A DNA stretch of 64,000 nucleotides, from the NCBI GenBank assembly GCA_035285545.1, contig JAYKGY010000019.1:96001-160000 (forward strand). The letters are read 5' to 3'. Shown here piece by piece: positions 22,483-32,167 of the stretch (position 1 is the stretch's first letter; the number at the start of each line of letters is the position of its first letter). The translations under genes were made by a program, and so were the position numbers. Origin of the DNA: Snowella sp. (GTDB taxonomy: Bacteria > Cyanobacteriota > Cyanobacteriia > Cyanobacteriales > Microcystaceae). A model generated the notes under the pieces. That model was not told the origin of the DNA. It did not search any database and saw nothing but the letters and a program-made list of their open reading frames with translations.

Positions 22483-23838
22483 ATGGCTAAAATCTCCGTT
22501 ATTGACCAAATTCGATTAGCAGTAGCGGTAGGAGTTGCCAAAACGGTGACGGCATTTGTCCGTTGGTTTCGCTTGGGGGCGGCGAGTGTTCTACCAGGAG
22601 AAATCTCTCGTCGTTTGCATCCCCGTTTATTAGGCCTATTGGCTGAGCAAGTGAAGTATGGCGTAATTTTAGTGGTGGGGACTAACGGAAAAACGACGAC
22701 TTCGTTGTTGTTGCGAACCATTTTAGAAAATCAGGGTTTTAAAGTGACCCATAATATTACCGGCGCGAATTTGATCAATGGCTTAATTACGGCTTTGTTA
22801 GTCGATGCCAATTTAATTGGCCAATTAAAAACGGATTACGCCATTTTGGAAGTTGATGAAAATATTTTGCCCTTAGTGTTGAAAGAGTGTCAGCCCCGCG
22901 TGATTTTGGCGTTAAATCTTTTCCGAGACCAGTTAGACCGTTATGGAGAGGTGGATACCATTAGTCGTCGTTGGCAAAAGGCGATCGCGCCCCTTCCTGA
23001 AGATACTTTAATTGTGGTGAATGCGGATGATCCGACCCTTTCCCATTTTGGGCAGCAATTAACCCAAACGGTTCGTTATTTTGGTTTGAGTGAACCCACT
23101 TTGTATTTAGAAGAAATTCCCCACGCCGTTGATTCGATTTATTGCCCTAAGTGTGGTCATCCCTTGGATTATCGCGGAGTGTATCTATCCCATTTAGGAG
23201 ATTTTACCTGTCCTAGCTGCGGGTTTAGTAAAAGTCAACCGGCCTTTCACAGTAGCGAATGGCCGCAAATTCTGATCGGTGTCTATAACAAATACAATAC
23301 CCTGGCGGCTGGTTTAGTCGCTCAAGAGTTAGGGGTTCAGACCGAATCCATTTTTAACAATATCAAGAGTTTTAAAGCCGCCTTTGGTCGGGCCGAAGAG
23401 TTAACCGTTGAGGGCAAAAAAGTCAGAATTTTACTGTCCAAAAATCCGGTGGGTATGAATGAAACGATTCGAGCCGTTAATGATATTAAAGTTCAGGGCA
23501 AAGCTTCAACTACCTTATTAGTGTTAAATGACCGTATTCCTGATGGCACCGATGTTTCCTGGATTTGGGATGTGGATACGGAACAGTTGGTTAAACTCGG
23601 CGGAACTTTTGTCGTTAGCGGCGATCGCATTTATGACATGGCTCTGCGCTTAGACTATAGCCGTGAGCAACTAGAGGCTAATGGAAATGAATTTAAGCTG
23701 ATTTTAGAAGAAAATTTGAGTAATGCTATTCAAAAAGCCTTAGAATCAACACCAGAGGACGAAACCCTACATATTATCCCGACCTATTCTGCCATGTTAG
23801 AAGTACGGGGCTTGCTAACTGGACAAAAGATTTTATAA
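22483..23838 (+). CDS. murT: MurT-like Mur ligase (DUF1727), lipid II amidotransferase subunit
   Basis: GTNGKTTT, NLFRDQLDRYGE, CxxC..CxxC, KNPVG, DVSWIWD motifs. Confidence 0.85.
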   Translation: MAKISVIDQIRLAVAVGVAKTVTAFVRWFRLGAASVLPGEISRRLHPRLLGLLAEQVKYGVILVVGTNGKTTTSLLLRTILENQGFKVTHNITGANLINGLITALLVDANLIGQLKTDYAILEVDENILPLVLKECQPRVILALNLFRDQLDRYGEVDTISRRWQKAIAPLPEDTLIVVNADDPTLSHFGQQLTQTVRYFGLSEPTLYLEEIPHAVDSIYCPKCGHPLDYRGVYLSHLGDFTCPSCGFSKSQPAFHSSEWPQILIGVYNKYNTLAAGLVAQELGVQTESIFNNIKSFKAAFGRAEELTVEGKKVRILLSKNPVGMNETIRAVNDIKVQGKASTTLLVLNDRIPDGTDVSWIWDVDTEQLVKLGGTFVVSGDRIYDMALRLDYSREQLEANGNEFKLILEENLSNAIQKALESTPEDETLHIIPTYSAMLEVRGLLTGQKIL

Positions 23839-23869
23839 ATTTTTCGACAATTGGGTTCGCATTTGATAG

Positions 23870-24817
23870 TTATTGTGCCCCTTGATAATGGTGAATAATC
23901 TCTTTCGGGGTAATAACGCGATCGGATTTGCGTCCCATAAAGAACATATCACTGCCACTATCGATCCAATATTTTTGGGGAATCCAATTATCCAAATATT
24001 GCACCCAAAAGAAGAACAATTTAAAGATTTTTCCGATGGCACGGGAACGGAATAAACTCCGAGTAAAATAATCAATTGTCCAAAGTAACTGTGTCCCTGG
24101 CCCTTCAGTTGCGCCAGATTTAATTAAGGCAAAATTTTTAAACAGATAGCGATGCCCACTTTCGGTAAAACGGGTAAAGTCATAGGCTCCTTCATGAACC
24201 TGCTGTAAAAAAGGTGTTTCTGAGTACACCAGTCCATTGGGTTTTAAGACGCGGTAAATTTCCGCAACCACTTGATGGGGGTCTAAAACGTGTTCTAAAA
24301 CAACTTGAATGATTACACAATCGATGGATTCATTCGCTAACGGAATTTGATGCGCGTCAGCCACAAATTGAGTCAGGGGTGACGTATAGATATCAAAACC
24401 AATCACTTTGAGATCGGTTTCTTCGTAAAAGGGTTTCATTCCTCTGCCAAATGAGCCTCCACCAATCATTAAAATTCTGGGTTGAGGAGTTTGATTTTTG
24501 AGTAAAGAAATTAAATATTGAATATTGTCATCAGTCACCTTTTTCTCAGGGGTTAATACTTTTTTGATAAATGCTTGAATTCCTTTTCTTTCGGGTCGTA
24601 TGACTACTGAAGAAGCACTATTTTTTAAGGTTTCCGTTTGATCAAGAACGGATTGAGAAAAGTCAACTAAAACGGGGGTTTGGTTAATAATCGGATATTC
24701 ATATTGCTGGTTTGCTTCTACTGTATCCGTTATCAAATGGGAATCGACTAACTTTAAAGGAAAATTCGTTTTTGGACAGCGGAGTAAATTCCAGTATTCT
24801 TCTTTGTTTGCTAACAT
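23870..24817 (-). CDS. class I SAM-dependent methyltransferase with Trm112-like N-terminus
   Basis: LRCP N-terminus; VADAHQIP, VLEHV, EIYRVLKPNG, YDFTRFT motifs; start uncertain (24817 or 24856). Confidence 0.82.
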   Translation of the reverse strand: MLANKEEYWNLLRCPKTNFPLKLVDSHLITDTVEANQQYEYPIINQTPVLVDFSQSVLDQTETLKNSASSVVIRPERKGIQAFIKKVLTPEKKVTDDNIQYLISLLKNQTPQPRILMIGGGSFGRGMKPFYEETDLKVIGFDIYTSPLTQFVADAHQIPLANESIDCVIIQVVLEHVLDPHQVVAEIYRVLKPNGLVYSETPFLQQVHEGAYDFTRFTESGHRYLFKNFALIKSGATEGPGTQLLWTIDYFTRSLFRSRAIGKIFKLFFFWVQYLDNWIPQKYWIDSGSDMFFMGRKSDRVITPKEIIHHYQGAQ

Positions 24818-25083
24818 GCTTTCTCTTGATCGATTTCTTTCAATTTTGCTGCTCATTGTAATATAACTGCTCACCCAATTCCAGCGATCGCTTACGCTTA
24901 AGCGTTTCAAAAAACTTCTGTTTCATCGCCCACACTAGCCCAAAAATGCCAAGATCAAGAAACAACCGAATTGCAAATGAGAAGCACCGTTTAATAGTGA
25001 GTTTCTATCCGACTCCATCAAACTCGTAATCCCTAAATCAATCAGAATAATTTAGTAAATTTCCAGACCAAGCTATACTAGGC

Positions 25084-25101
25084 TTGTAAATCTGTTTACA
25101 A
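25084..25101. promoter_or_regulatory. palindrome with GTA-N8-TAC core (possible NtcA site) upstream of ndhA
   Basis: TTGTAAATCTGTTTACAA immediately after TATACT at 25074-25079. Confidence 0.4.
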
Positions 25102-25182
25102 TCTTTAATGGCCGCTTCAACCGTGCCATCTTTCGTTTATCTATAGTAAGTATCGTTCGTCATCAATTAACCAATCGGTAAC

Positions 25183-26301
25183 ATGAACGCAGGAATTGAC
25201 CTTAGAAGTAGTTTTATTGAATCACTCCAGGATTTGGGACTGCCCTCTGGCGTTGCTAAAGCCTTTTGGATTCCCCTCCCGTCTATTTTGATGATTATCG
25301 GAGCAACTGTCGGCGTGCTGGTGGTCGTTTGGCTAGAACGTAAAATTTCTGCGGCGGCTCAACAGCGGATAGGCCCTGAATATGCCGGCCCGTTGGGGGT
25401 TTTACAACCCGTTGCAGATGGCATTAAGCTCGTTTTTAAAGAAGATGTCGTTCCTGCGAAAGCCGATCCCTGGTTATTTACCTTAGGCCCAGTTTTAGTG
25501 GTCTTACCTGTATTTTTGTCCTATCTGATTGTGCCCTTTGGACAAAATCTAGTCATTACGGATTTAAATGTCGGGATTTTTCTGTGGATTTCTCTTTCTA
25601 GTATTGCCCCTATTGGTTTATTGATGTCGGGCTATGCTTCTAATAATAAATATTCCCTTTTAGGCGGACTACGGGCGGCGGCTCAGTCGATTAGTTACGA
25701 AATTCCGCTGGCGTTTGCTGTCCTCGCGATCGCCATGATGTCGAATAGCCTCAGCACCATTGATATTGTTGATCAACAATCCGGCTATGGCATCTTAGGC
25801 TGGAATATCTGGCGGCAACCCGTTGGCTTTTTAATCTTTTGGATCGCTGCTCTTGCGGAATGCGAACGTTTACCCTTTGACTTACCTGAAGCCGAAGAAG
25901 AATTAGTCGCAGGGTATCAAACCGAATATGCAGGCATGAAGTTTGGTCTATTTTATGTCGGCTCCTACGTTAACCTGGTGTTATCCGCCTTAGTGTTTGC
26001 CGTGTTGTATTTAGGCGGCTGGGAATTTCCCGTTCCTTTAGATAAATTAGCCGGCTGGTTAGGGGTCAGCGAAAACAACCCTTGGCTACAAATCTTGACG
26101 GCTTCTCTGGGAATCACCATGACCGTTTTAAAAGCCTACTTTTTAATCTTTATCGCTATTCTTCTCCGTTGGACAGTGCCCCGTGTACGGATTGACCAAC
26201 TTTTGAATTTAGGCTGGAAATTCCTCTTACCCGTTTCCTTAGCCAATCTCTTAATTACTGCGGCCTTAAAACTGGCTTTTCCTGTGGCTTTTGGTGGTTA
26301 G
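25183..26301 (+). CDS. ndhA: NDH-1 subunit 1 (NuoH)
   Basis: [39 protein letters not shown] motifs. Confidence 0.97.
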   Translation: MNAGIDLRSSFIESLQDLGLPSGVAKAFWIPLPSILMIIGATVGVLVVVWLERKISAAAQQRIGPEYAGPLGVLQPVADGIKLVFKEDVVPAKADPWLFTLGPVLVVLPVFLSYLIVPFGQNLVITDLNVGIFLWISLSSIAPIGLLMSGYASNNKYSLLGGLRAAAQSISYEIPLAFAVLAIAMMSNSLSTIDIVDQQSGYGILGWNIWRQPVGFLIFWIAALAECERLPFDLPEAEEELVAGYQTEYAGMKFGLFYVGSYVNLVLSALVFAVLYLGGWEFPVPLDKLAGWLGVSENNPWLQILTASLGITMTVLKAYFLIFIAILLRWTVPRVRIDQLLNLGWKFLLPVSLANLLITAALKLAFPVAFGG

Positions 26302-26385
26302 AAACGTTTTTTGGATATAACCCCAAACCGATGACCCAATTATTCACTTAAAAATTTCAATTTTAAGATAGCCAAGGACAAATTT

Positions 26386-26964
26386 ATGTTCAACACCATT
26401 CTTAAACAAGTCAGCGATTACGCCAAAGAGACCGTTCAAGCCGCCAAATATATTGGAGAAGGGCTGGCAGTAACCTTTGACCACATGAGTCGCCGACCGA
26501 TTACGGTTCAATATCCCTACGAAAAATTAATTCCCTCAGAACGGTATCGCGGACGCATTCATTTTGAATTTGATAAATGTATCGCCTGCGAAGTTTGTGT
26601 TCGGGTTTGTCCGATTAATTTACCCGTTGTCGATTGGGCCTTTAATAAACAAACGAAGAAGAAAGAACTCAAGCACTATAGTATTGATTTCGGGGTTTGT
26701 ATTTTCTGTGGTAACTGTGTGGAATACTGTCCCACCAACTGTTTATCCATGACGGAAGAATATGAAATGTCTACCTATGATCGTCATGAGTTAAATTACG
26801 ATAACGTTGCCCTGGGTCGCTTGCCCTATAAAGTTACCCAAGATCCAATGGTGACGGCTTTACGAGAATTTGCTTATTTACCCAAGGGCGAAATTGATCC
26901 CCACGATTTACCCGCCGGCAGCCAACGGGCAGGGAAACGACCCGAAGAATTAATCAATGAATAA
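26386..26964 (+). CDS. ndhI: NDH-1 subunit I
   Basis: Two CxxCxxCxxxCP 4Fe-4S motifs. Confidence 0.97.
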   Translation: MFNTILKQVSDYAKETVQAAKYIGEGLAVTFDHMSRRPITVQYPYEKLIPSERYRGRIHFEFDKCIACEVCVRVCPINLPVVDWAFNKQTKKKELKHYSIDFGVCIFCGNCVEYCPTNCLSMTEEYEMSTYDRHELNYDNVALGRLPYKVTQDPMVTALREFAYLPKGEIDPHDLPAGSQRAGKRPEELINE

Positions 26965-27117
26965 ACTTTAACAATCTAGGGGGAAATGAATCTTTTATAA
27001 TTTTCTTCTGGATTGTTGAGTGTTTCTCTCAATTAAATTAATCAAAAAACGACTGTATTAAATGGGTGAGTTGGTGCAATCTAACCCCTAAAATCCACAA
27101 TTATTGAGGAGATAACC

Positions 27118-27717
27118 GTGAATTTAGCAGAAGGCGTACAGAGTGTATCCTTAATTATCCTAAGCATTATGTTAATTGGCTCCGCTTTGGGGGTCGTTTT
27201 ATTATCGAATATTGTTTATTCGGCATTTCTATTAGGTGGGGTTTTCATTAGCATATCGGGTCTTTATATCCTGCTGAATGCAGATTTTGTTGCGGCGGCT
27301 CAGATCCTCGTTTATGTGGGAGCCGTTAATGTTTTAATTCTGTTTGCCATTATGTTGGTGAATAAACGGGAAGATTTTTCCAAGATGCCCAGCCGTTGGA
27401 TTCGTAATCTAGCCACCAGTCTCGTCTGTATCGGCCTCTTCGCCCTTCTTTCAACAATGGTTTTAATTACCCCTTGGTCTATTGCGTCTGTTCCGGCTGT
27501 TCCTATTGATAATACGATTATCGTCTTAGGAAAACATTTGTTTAGTGACTTCCTCTTACCCTTTGAATTAGCGTCGGTTTTATTGTTAATGGCAATGGTC
27601 GGTGCGATTATTTTGGCCCGTCGTGACTTTATTCCCGAACCACCAGCAGAAGAACCCAGTGCAACGGCTTTAACCCTGCCTGAACGCCCCCGCGAGTTAA
27701 TTTCCCTTGAAAAGTAA
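27118..27717 (+). CDS. ndhG: NDH-1 subunit 6 (NuoJ)
   Basis: AAAQILVYVGAVNVLILFAIML, LPFELAS motifs. Confidence 0.96.
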   Translation: MNLAEGVQSVSLIILSIMLIGSALGVVLLSNIVYSAFLLGGVFISISGLYILLNADFVAAAQILVYVGAVNVLILFAIMLVNKREDFSKMPSRWIRNLATSLVCIGLFALLSTMVLITPWSIASVPAVPIDNTIIVLGKHLFSDFLLPFELASVLLLMAMVGAIILARRDFIPEPPAEEPSATALTLPERPRELISLEK

Positions 27718-27753
27718 TTGTAGCTTAATAAAAAATTAAAAAAACGAGGTTTT

Positions 27754-28065
27754 ATGCAGATTCCCTTGCAATATTATTTAATTTTAGCAGCCGCTTTATT
27801 CTGTATCGGGATTTATGGCTTAATTACCAGTCGTAATGCGGTTCGGGTTTTAATGTCGATTGAATTATTGCTAAATGCTGTCAATCTTAATCTGATTGGA
27901 TTTTCTAATTTTTTAGATCCAACAGGGATTAAGGGTCAAGTTTTCTCCGTTTTTGTGATTACTGTTGCGGCGGCTGAAGCGGCTGTGGGTTTAGCCATTA
28001 TTTTGGCAATTTATCGGAATCGAGAAACCATCGACATGGAACAGTTTAATTTGCTGAAATGGTAA
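27754..28065 (+). CDS. ndhE: NDH-1 subunit 4L (NuoK)
   Basis: [23 protein letters not shown] motifs. Confidence 0.96.
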   Translation: MQIPLQYYLILAAALFCIGIYGLITSRNAVRVLMSIELLLNAVNLNLIGFSNFLDPTGIKGQVFSVFVITVAAAEAAVGLAIILAIYRNRETIDMEQFNLLKW

Positions 28066-28112
28066 TGCTGTAATTCAGCTAATCTAGCTTTTTTCTTGAA
28101 TTTTCCTCAACT

Positions 28113-28150
28113 AAGTGATGCCAAAAGTTAAGATTCTGGCTCACTTTTTT
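28113..28150 (+). terminator. probable intrinsic terminator of the ndh operon
   Basis: aagtga-t-gcca...tggc-tcactt stem followed by a T run. Confidence 0.5.
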
Positions 28151-28163
28151 AATGAATGATTAT

Positions 28164-28191
28164 AAAAAGTGGAGTAATAATACCCCACTTT
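28164..28191 (-). terminator. probable terminator for the small minus-strand ORF
   Basis: aaagtggagta-ataa-taccccacttt hairpin with an A run on the left. Confidence 0.5.
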
Positions 28192-28294
28192 GTTGATTTC
28201 ATATTGATCATACGTTTCAATCGCTTTTTGGTGTGCCCTTCCTTGCTTTAACTGAACTATGGAGTTTAATGGAGTCAACAAAATAAGTTGTTAT

Positions 28295-28438
28295 TTATTC
28301 AGAGTGTGAGCTATTGGGGTCACCATTGAAGGGTTGAACACCGACTTCAGGATACTCATCGGTTGAAGGGCCAAATACTCTGGCAAAAGCCTCGGTCAAG
28401 TATTGCATCATATTTTGTAGCATTTCATTAATCTTCAT
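28295..28438 (-). CDS. atpT: 47-aa protein, probable ATP synthase inhibitor AtpTheta (Norf1) homolog
   Basis: Manual translation MKINEMLQNMMQYLTEAFARVFGPSTDEYPEVGVQPFNGDPNSSHSE; AGGAG RBS; amphipathic helix plus DEYP..GVQPF; family identity is from recall. Confidence 0.7.
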   Translation of the reverse strand: MKINEMLQNMMQYLTEAFARVFGPSTDEYPEVGVQPFNGDPNSSHSE

Positions 28439-28764
28439 AGTTGTTACTCTCCTGGGAAAGGTATCTACTAACCTTGAATGTGTTTGAAACTTTTGAGTGT
28501 GAGAAGAAATTGCTTTAATTTTTCTCTACCTCTACCTACACTTTTATTCTACTTTTTGGGATTGAAATTTTGTCGCTTTTATTCAGGATTGTAATAATTA
28601 TTGAATCTTTTAGATAAAAAGTTGCTTTTTATTGTTCTTCGTAAACTTTTGTTCTGTAATATTGCTGTTTGTATCAATTTCAATCAAGTACAACGGATTC
28701 TTTTTTAGTAAATTCACGGCTTTTTCTACCTCTTTTTTCATAAAACTTCACTATTTATCCTTGA

Positions 28765-28785
28765 TTATGGTAAAATCTACTATAA
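28765..28785 (+). promoter_or_regulatory. NrtR operator
   Basis: 21-bp palindrome TTATGGT-AAAATCT-ACTATAA with GT-N7-AC core, upstream of nadD-nrtR-nadE and overlapping TATAAT. Confidence 0.8.
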
Positions 28786-28836
28786 TCTACTTAGCCCCTT
28801 CTGTTGATGTGTTGAGGAGGTGAGAATAACTGCCCT

Positions 28837-29403
28837 ATGAAAATTGCTCTGTTTGGAACCAGTGCCGATCCGCCGACTGCGGCCCATCAGTCTATTCTCC
28901 AATGGCTCTCTGAGCATTATGATCAAGTGGCGGTCTGGGCTTCTGATAATCCTTTTAAAGATCGCCAAACGGCTTTGGAGCACCGCATGGCGATGTTGGA
29001 ATTGTTGATCGGTTCGCTGAATTTATTCCACTCCAATGTCCGTGTTTATCGGGAACTCAGCGATCGCCGTAGTTTAAATAGTTTAGAAAAAGCGCAGCAA
29101 ATTTGGGGAAAAGATGCGGATTACAGCTTAGTTATTGGGTCAGACTTAGTACCACAAATTCCCCGTTGGTATCGCGTTCAGGACTTATTTCAATCCGTGA
29201 ATCTTTTAATTATTCCCCGTCCTGGCCATCCGTTGAACAAAGACGATTTACAGCAGCTTCAAACCTTGGGAGCAACCTATCACATCGCACAAATGGAAGC
29301 CCCTGAAATTTCTTCTACGATTTATCGTCAAACTAAAGATAAAACGGTTATTCCCGTTCCTGTGAAAGAGTATATTTGTCAGCAAAAACTCTATGTTTTT
29401 TAG
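28837..29403 (+). CDS. nadD: nicotinate-nucleotide adenylyltransferase
   Basis: FGTSADPPTAAH, VIGSDL..W, ISST motifs. Confidence 0.9.
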   Translation: MKIALFGTSADPPTAAHQSILQWLSEHYDQVAVWASDNPFKDRQTALEHRMAMLELLIGSLNLFHSNVRVYRELSDRRSLNSLEKAQQIWGKDADYSLVIGSDLVPQIPRWYRVQDLFQSVNLLIIPRPGHPLNKDDLQQLQTLGATYHIAQMEAPEISSTIYRQTKDKTVIPVPVKEYICQQKLYVF

Positions 29404-29478
29404 CCTTTGTTAAATTATTTAGAAATTGTTTTGAAAATATCTTGAAGTTTAAAATTATTCAAAGATAAAAAATTGATA

Positions 29479-30198
29479 ATGAAGCAATCACCAAGCAAAT
29501 TATTAGCAGCGTTTAAAGTAGGGGTCGATAATGTTATTTTTTCTGTTGATACCCAGCACAATCGATTGTTAGTTTTATTAGTTAAACGACAAGAAGATCC
29601 CTTTCAAAATTATTGGAGTTTACCCGGAACCCTAGTTCGTCAGGGTGAATCCTTAGAAGCCGCCGCCGAACGCATTTTATCAGAAAAAATTCAGGTTAAA
29701 AATCTTTATTTAGAACAGCTTTACACCTTTGGTGGGCCAAATCGGGATCCCAGGGAAGCACCTGAAAGTTACGGCGATCGCTATTTATCCGTGAGTTATT
29801 TTGCCCTAGTTCGCTTTGAAGATTCGGGATTAATTGTACGGGATGTAAAATATACAACTTGGCATGATTTAACCAATTTACCGACGTTAGCGTTTGATCA
29901 TCAAAATATTTTGAATTATGGCTATCGTCGCCTACGCAATAAATTAGAATATAGCCCCATTGCCTTTGATGTTTTGCCGGAAATATTTACCTTATTTGAT
30001 TTATTTCAACTATATGCAACGATTTTAGGAGAAAATTTTTCAGATTATTCTAACTTTCGAGCGCGTCTTTTAAAATTAGGCTTTTTGATGGATACGGGAT
30101 TAAAAGTCAACAAAGGTGCCGGCCGTCCCGCAACGTTATACCGCTTTAATGCTCAGGCTTTTGCTCCCTATAAAGATAAGCCCTTAGTGTTTATTTAA
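29479..30198 (+). CDS. nrtR: Nudix-related transcriptional regulator
   Basis: Degenerate Nudix box, LEQLYTFG, LAFDH, wHTH with NFR and GRPA.LY. Confidence 0.88.
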   Translation: MKQSPSKLLAAFKVGVDNVIFSVDTQHNRLLVLLVKRQEDPFQNYWSLPGTLVRQGESLEAAAERILSEKIQVKNLYLEQLYTFGGPNRDPREAPESYGDRYLSVSYFALVRFEDSGLIVRDVKYTTWHDLTNLPTLAFDHQNILNYGYRRLRNKLEYSPIAFDVLPEIFTLFDLFQLYATILGENFSDYSNFRARLLKLGFLMDTGLKVNKGAGRPATLYRFNAQAFAPYKDKPLVFI

Positions 30199-30238
30199 TA
30201 GCCTTGAGAAAAACTGCAAATTTTAGGAAAATAATTTT

Positions 30239-31897
30239 ATGAAAATCGCGATCGCTCAATTAAATCCCACCATTGGAGATATTCAAAATAACGCGCAAGA
30301 AATTCTCAAAGCGGCTCAAGTAGCCAGTGAACAAGGAGCCGATTTACTATTAACCCCTGAATTATCGCTGTGTGGCTATCCCCCTAAAGACTTATTGCTG
30401 AATCCCAGTTTTGTCCAATTATTAGCTGTTGAACTCGATCATTTAGCCCAACAATTACCCCCGAATTTAACTGTTTTAGTGGGAACAGTCGATAACAACA
30501 ATCAGGCAAATTTAAAAGGAGAAAAAGCTTTATTTAACAGTATTGCTTTATTATATCAAGGCAAAATTCAAACCTATTTCCATAAGCGATTATTACCAAC
30601 CTATGATGTCTTTGATGAAGACCGCTATTTTGAATCGGGTAAAGAAAGCCATATTTTTACGATTAAAAATATCAAAATTGGGGTGACGATTTGCGAAGAT
30701 TTATGGAATGAAGCGAGTTTTTGGAATGTTCGTCGTTACGAGATTAATCCGGTTGATGACTTAGTGGCTTTACACAGTCAATTAATAATTAATTTATCGG
30801 CTTCTCCCTACACGGTGAATAAACAAAAATTACGAGAATCGATGGCTTACCATATTGTTAAACGCTATCAAATTCCCTTGATCTATGTGAATCAAATTGG
30901 GGGAAATGATGACTTAATTTTTGATGGTAATAGTTTTGCGGTTAATCGACAGGGAGAAGTGGTCGGTCGCGCTCAAGCATTTAAACCGGATCTGTTTTTT
31001 CTAGACGTTAACGAACAACGTCCCGATATTTTACCGACCCAAATTCAGCCTTTACCCACCTGTGAAGAAGCCGAGCTTTTTAATGCGTTGGTTTTAGGAG
31101 TCAAAGATTACGTCAAAAAATGCGGTTTTTCCCGTGTAATTTTGGGATTAAGCGGGGGAATTGATTCTTCTTTGGTGGCGGCGATCGCGACTGAAGCGGT
31201 GGGAGCCAATCAGGTATTGGGGGTTTTAATGCCTTCGCCCTACAGTTCCGCCCACTCTATTGCCGATGCCGAAGCGTTGGTGAACAATTTAGGCATTCAA
31301 AGCTATTTATTACCGATTGGTGACCTGATGAAAACCTATGATCAGGTCTTAGACCCCCTCTTTGCAGGAACAGAGTTTGGTATTGCCGAAGAAAATTTAC
31401 AGTCTCGTATTCGGGGTAATCTGCTGATGGCGATCGCCAATAAATTTGGTCATTTATTACTATCTACGGGCAATAAATCGGAAATGGCGGTGGGTTACTG
31501 CACCCTTTACGGCGATATGAATGGCGGACTGGCTGTGATTGCAGATATCCCTAAAATGCGGGTGTTTTCTCTCTGTCGTTGGCTCAACCGCGATCGCGAA
31601 ATTATTCCCCCCTCGGTATTGACCAAACCTCCTAGTGCTGAACTCAAACCCGGTCAAGTGGATCAAGATTCCCTGCCACCCTATGAAATTCTCGATGATA
31701 TTTTGGATCGTCTGATTCATCAACACCAATCTGCCCGCCAACTTATTGCCGCGGGGTTTGAGCCTGATACGGTGCATAAAGTGAGTAAACTGGTAAGTCG
31801 TGCGGAATTTAAACGGAAGCAAGCCCCACCAGGGTTAAAAGTAACCGATCGCGCCTTTGGAACAGGGTGGAGAATGCCCATTGCCAGTCGTTGGTAA
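30239..31897 (+). CDS. nadE: glutamine-dependent NAD+ synthetase
   Basis: Nitrilase domain (PEL, K, ICEDLW) plus GLSGGIDS, ENLQSRIRG, GNKSE, PSAEL. Confidence 0.96.
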   Translation: MKIAIAQLNPTIGDIQNNAQEILKAAQVASEQGADLLLTPELSLCGYPPKDLLLNPSFVQLLAVELDHLAQQLPPNLTVLVGTVDNNNQANLKGEKALFNSIALLYQGKIQTYFHKRLLPTYDVFDEDRYFESGKESHIFTIKNIKIGVTICEDLWNEASFWNVRRYEINPVDDLVALHSQLIINLSASPYTVNKQKLRESMAYHIVKRYQIPLIYVNQIGGNDDLIFDGNSFAVNRQGEVVGRAQAFKPDLFFLDVNEQRPDILPTQIQPLPTCEEAELFNALVLGVKDYVKKCGFSRVILGLSGGIDSSLVAAIATEAVGANQVLGVLMPSPYSSAHSIADAEALVNNLGIQSYLLPIGDLMKTYDQVLDPLFAGTEFGIAEENLQSRIRGNLLMAIANKFGHLLLSTGNKSEMAVGYCTLYGDMNGGLAVIADIPKMRVFSLCRWLNRDREIIPPSVLTKPPSAELKPGQVDQDSLPPYEILDDILDRLIHQHQSARQLIAAGFEPDTVHKVSKLVSRAEFKRKQAPPGLKVTDRAFGTGWRMPIASRW

Positions 31898-31983
31898 GTC
31901 AGTCATTCTAATTCAACGGCTAAACAGTCATCGTCTTATTTAGCGGAAACCTATCCGTTATCATTCAATATCATTCAACCGCT

Positions 31984-32151
31984 TTAACCAAATTTCTGTT
32001 TGGCTTGCTCGTAAACTTCTACGGTAATTTCACTGATGTCTCTTTCTTGAGCAAATTTTTCAATTTTTTTGCGGGCAGCAGGTCGAACAAAAAAGGGAAT
32101 TTCTTTTAATCGGGCTTCGGCTTCGGGTTGCCAACGGATTTCATGACTCAT
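31984..32151 (-). CDS. PCP reductase family small protein
   Basis: W.PEAEARLKEIPFFVR...IE.FA motif; ATG at 32151. Confidence 0.85.
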   Translation of the reverse strand: MSHEIRWQPEAEARLKEIPFFVRPAARKKIEKFAQERDISEITVEVYEQAKQKFG

Positions 32152-32167
32152 GAGCGTATTGAGTGAG

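Noticed and set aside
28632..28983. Short ORFs 28632-28823 (+) and 28780-28983 (-)
   Set aside because: They overlap the AT-rich promoter/operator or are antisense to nadD; probably spurious
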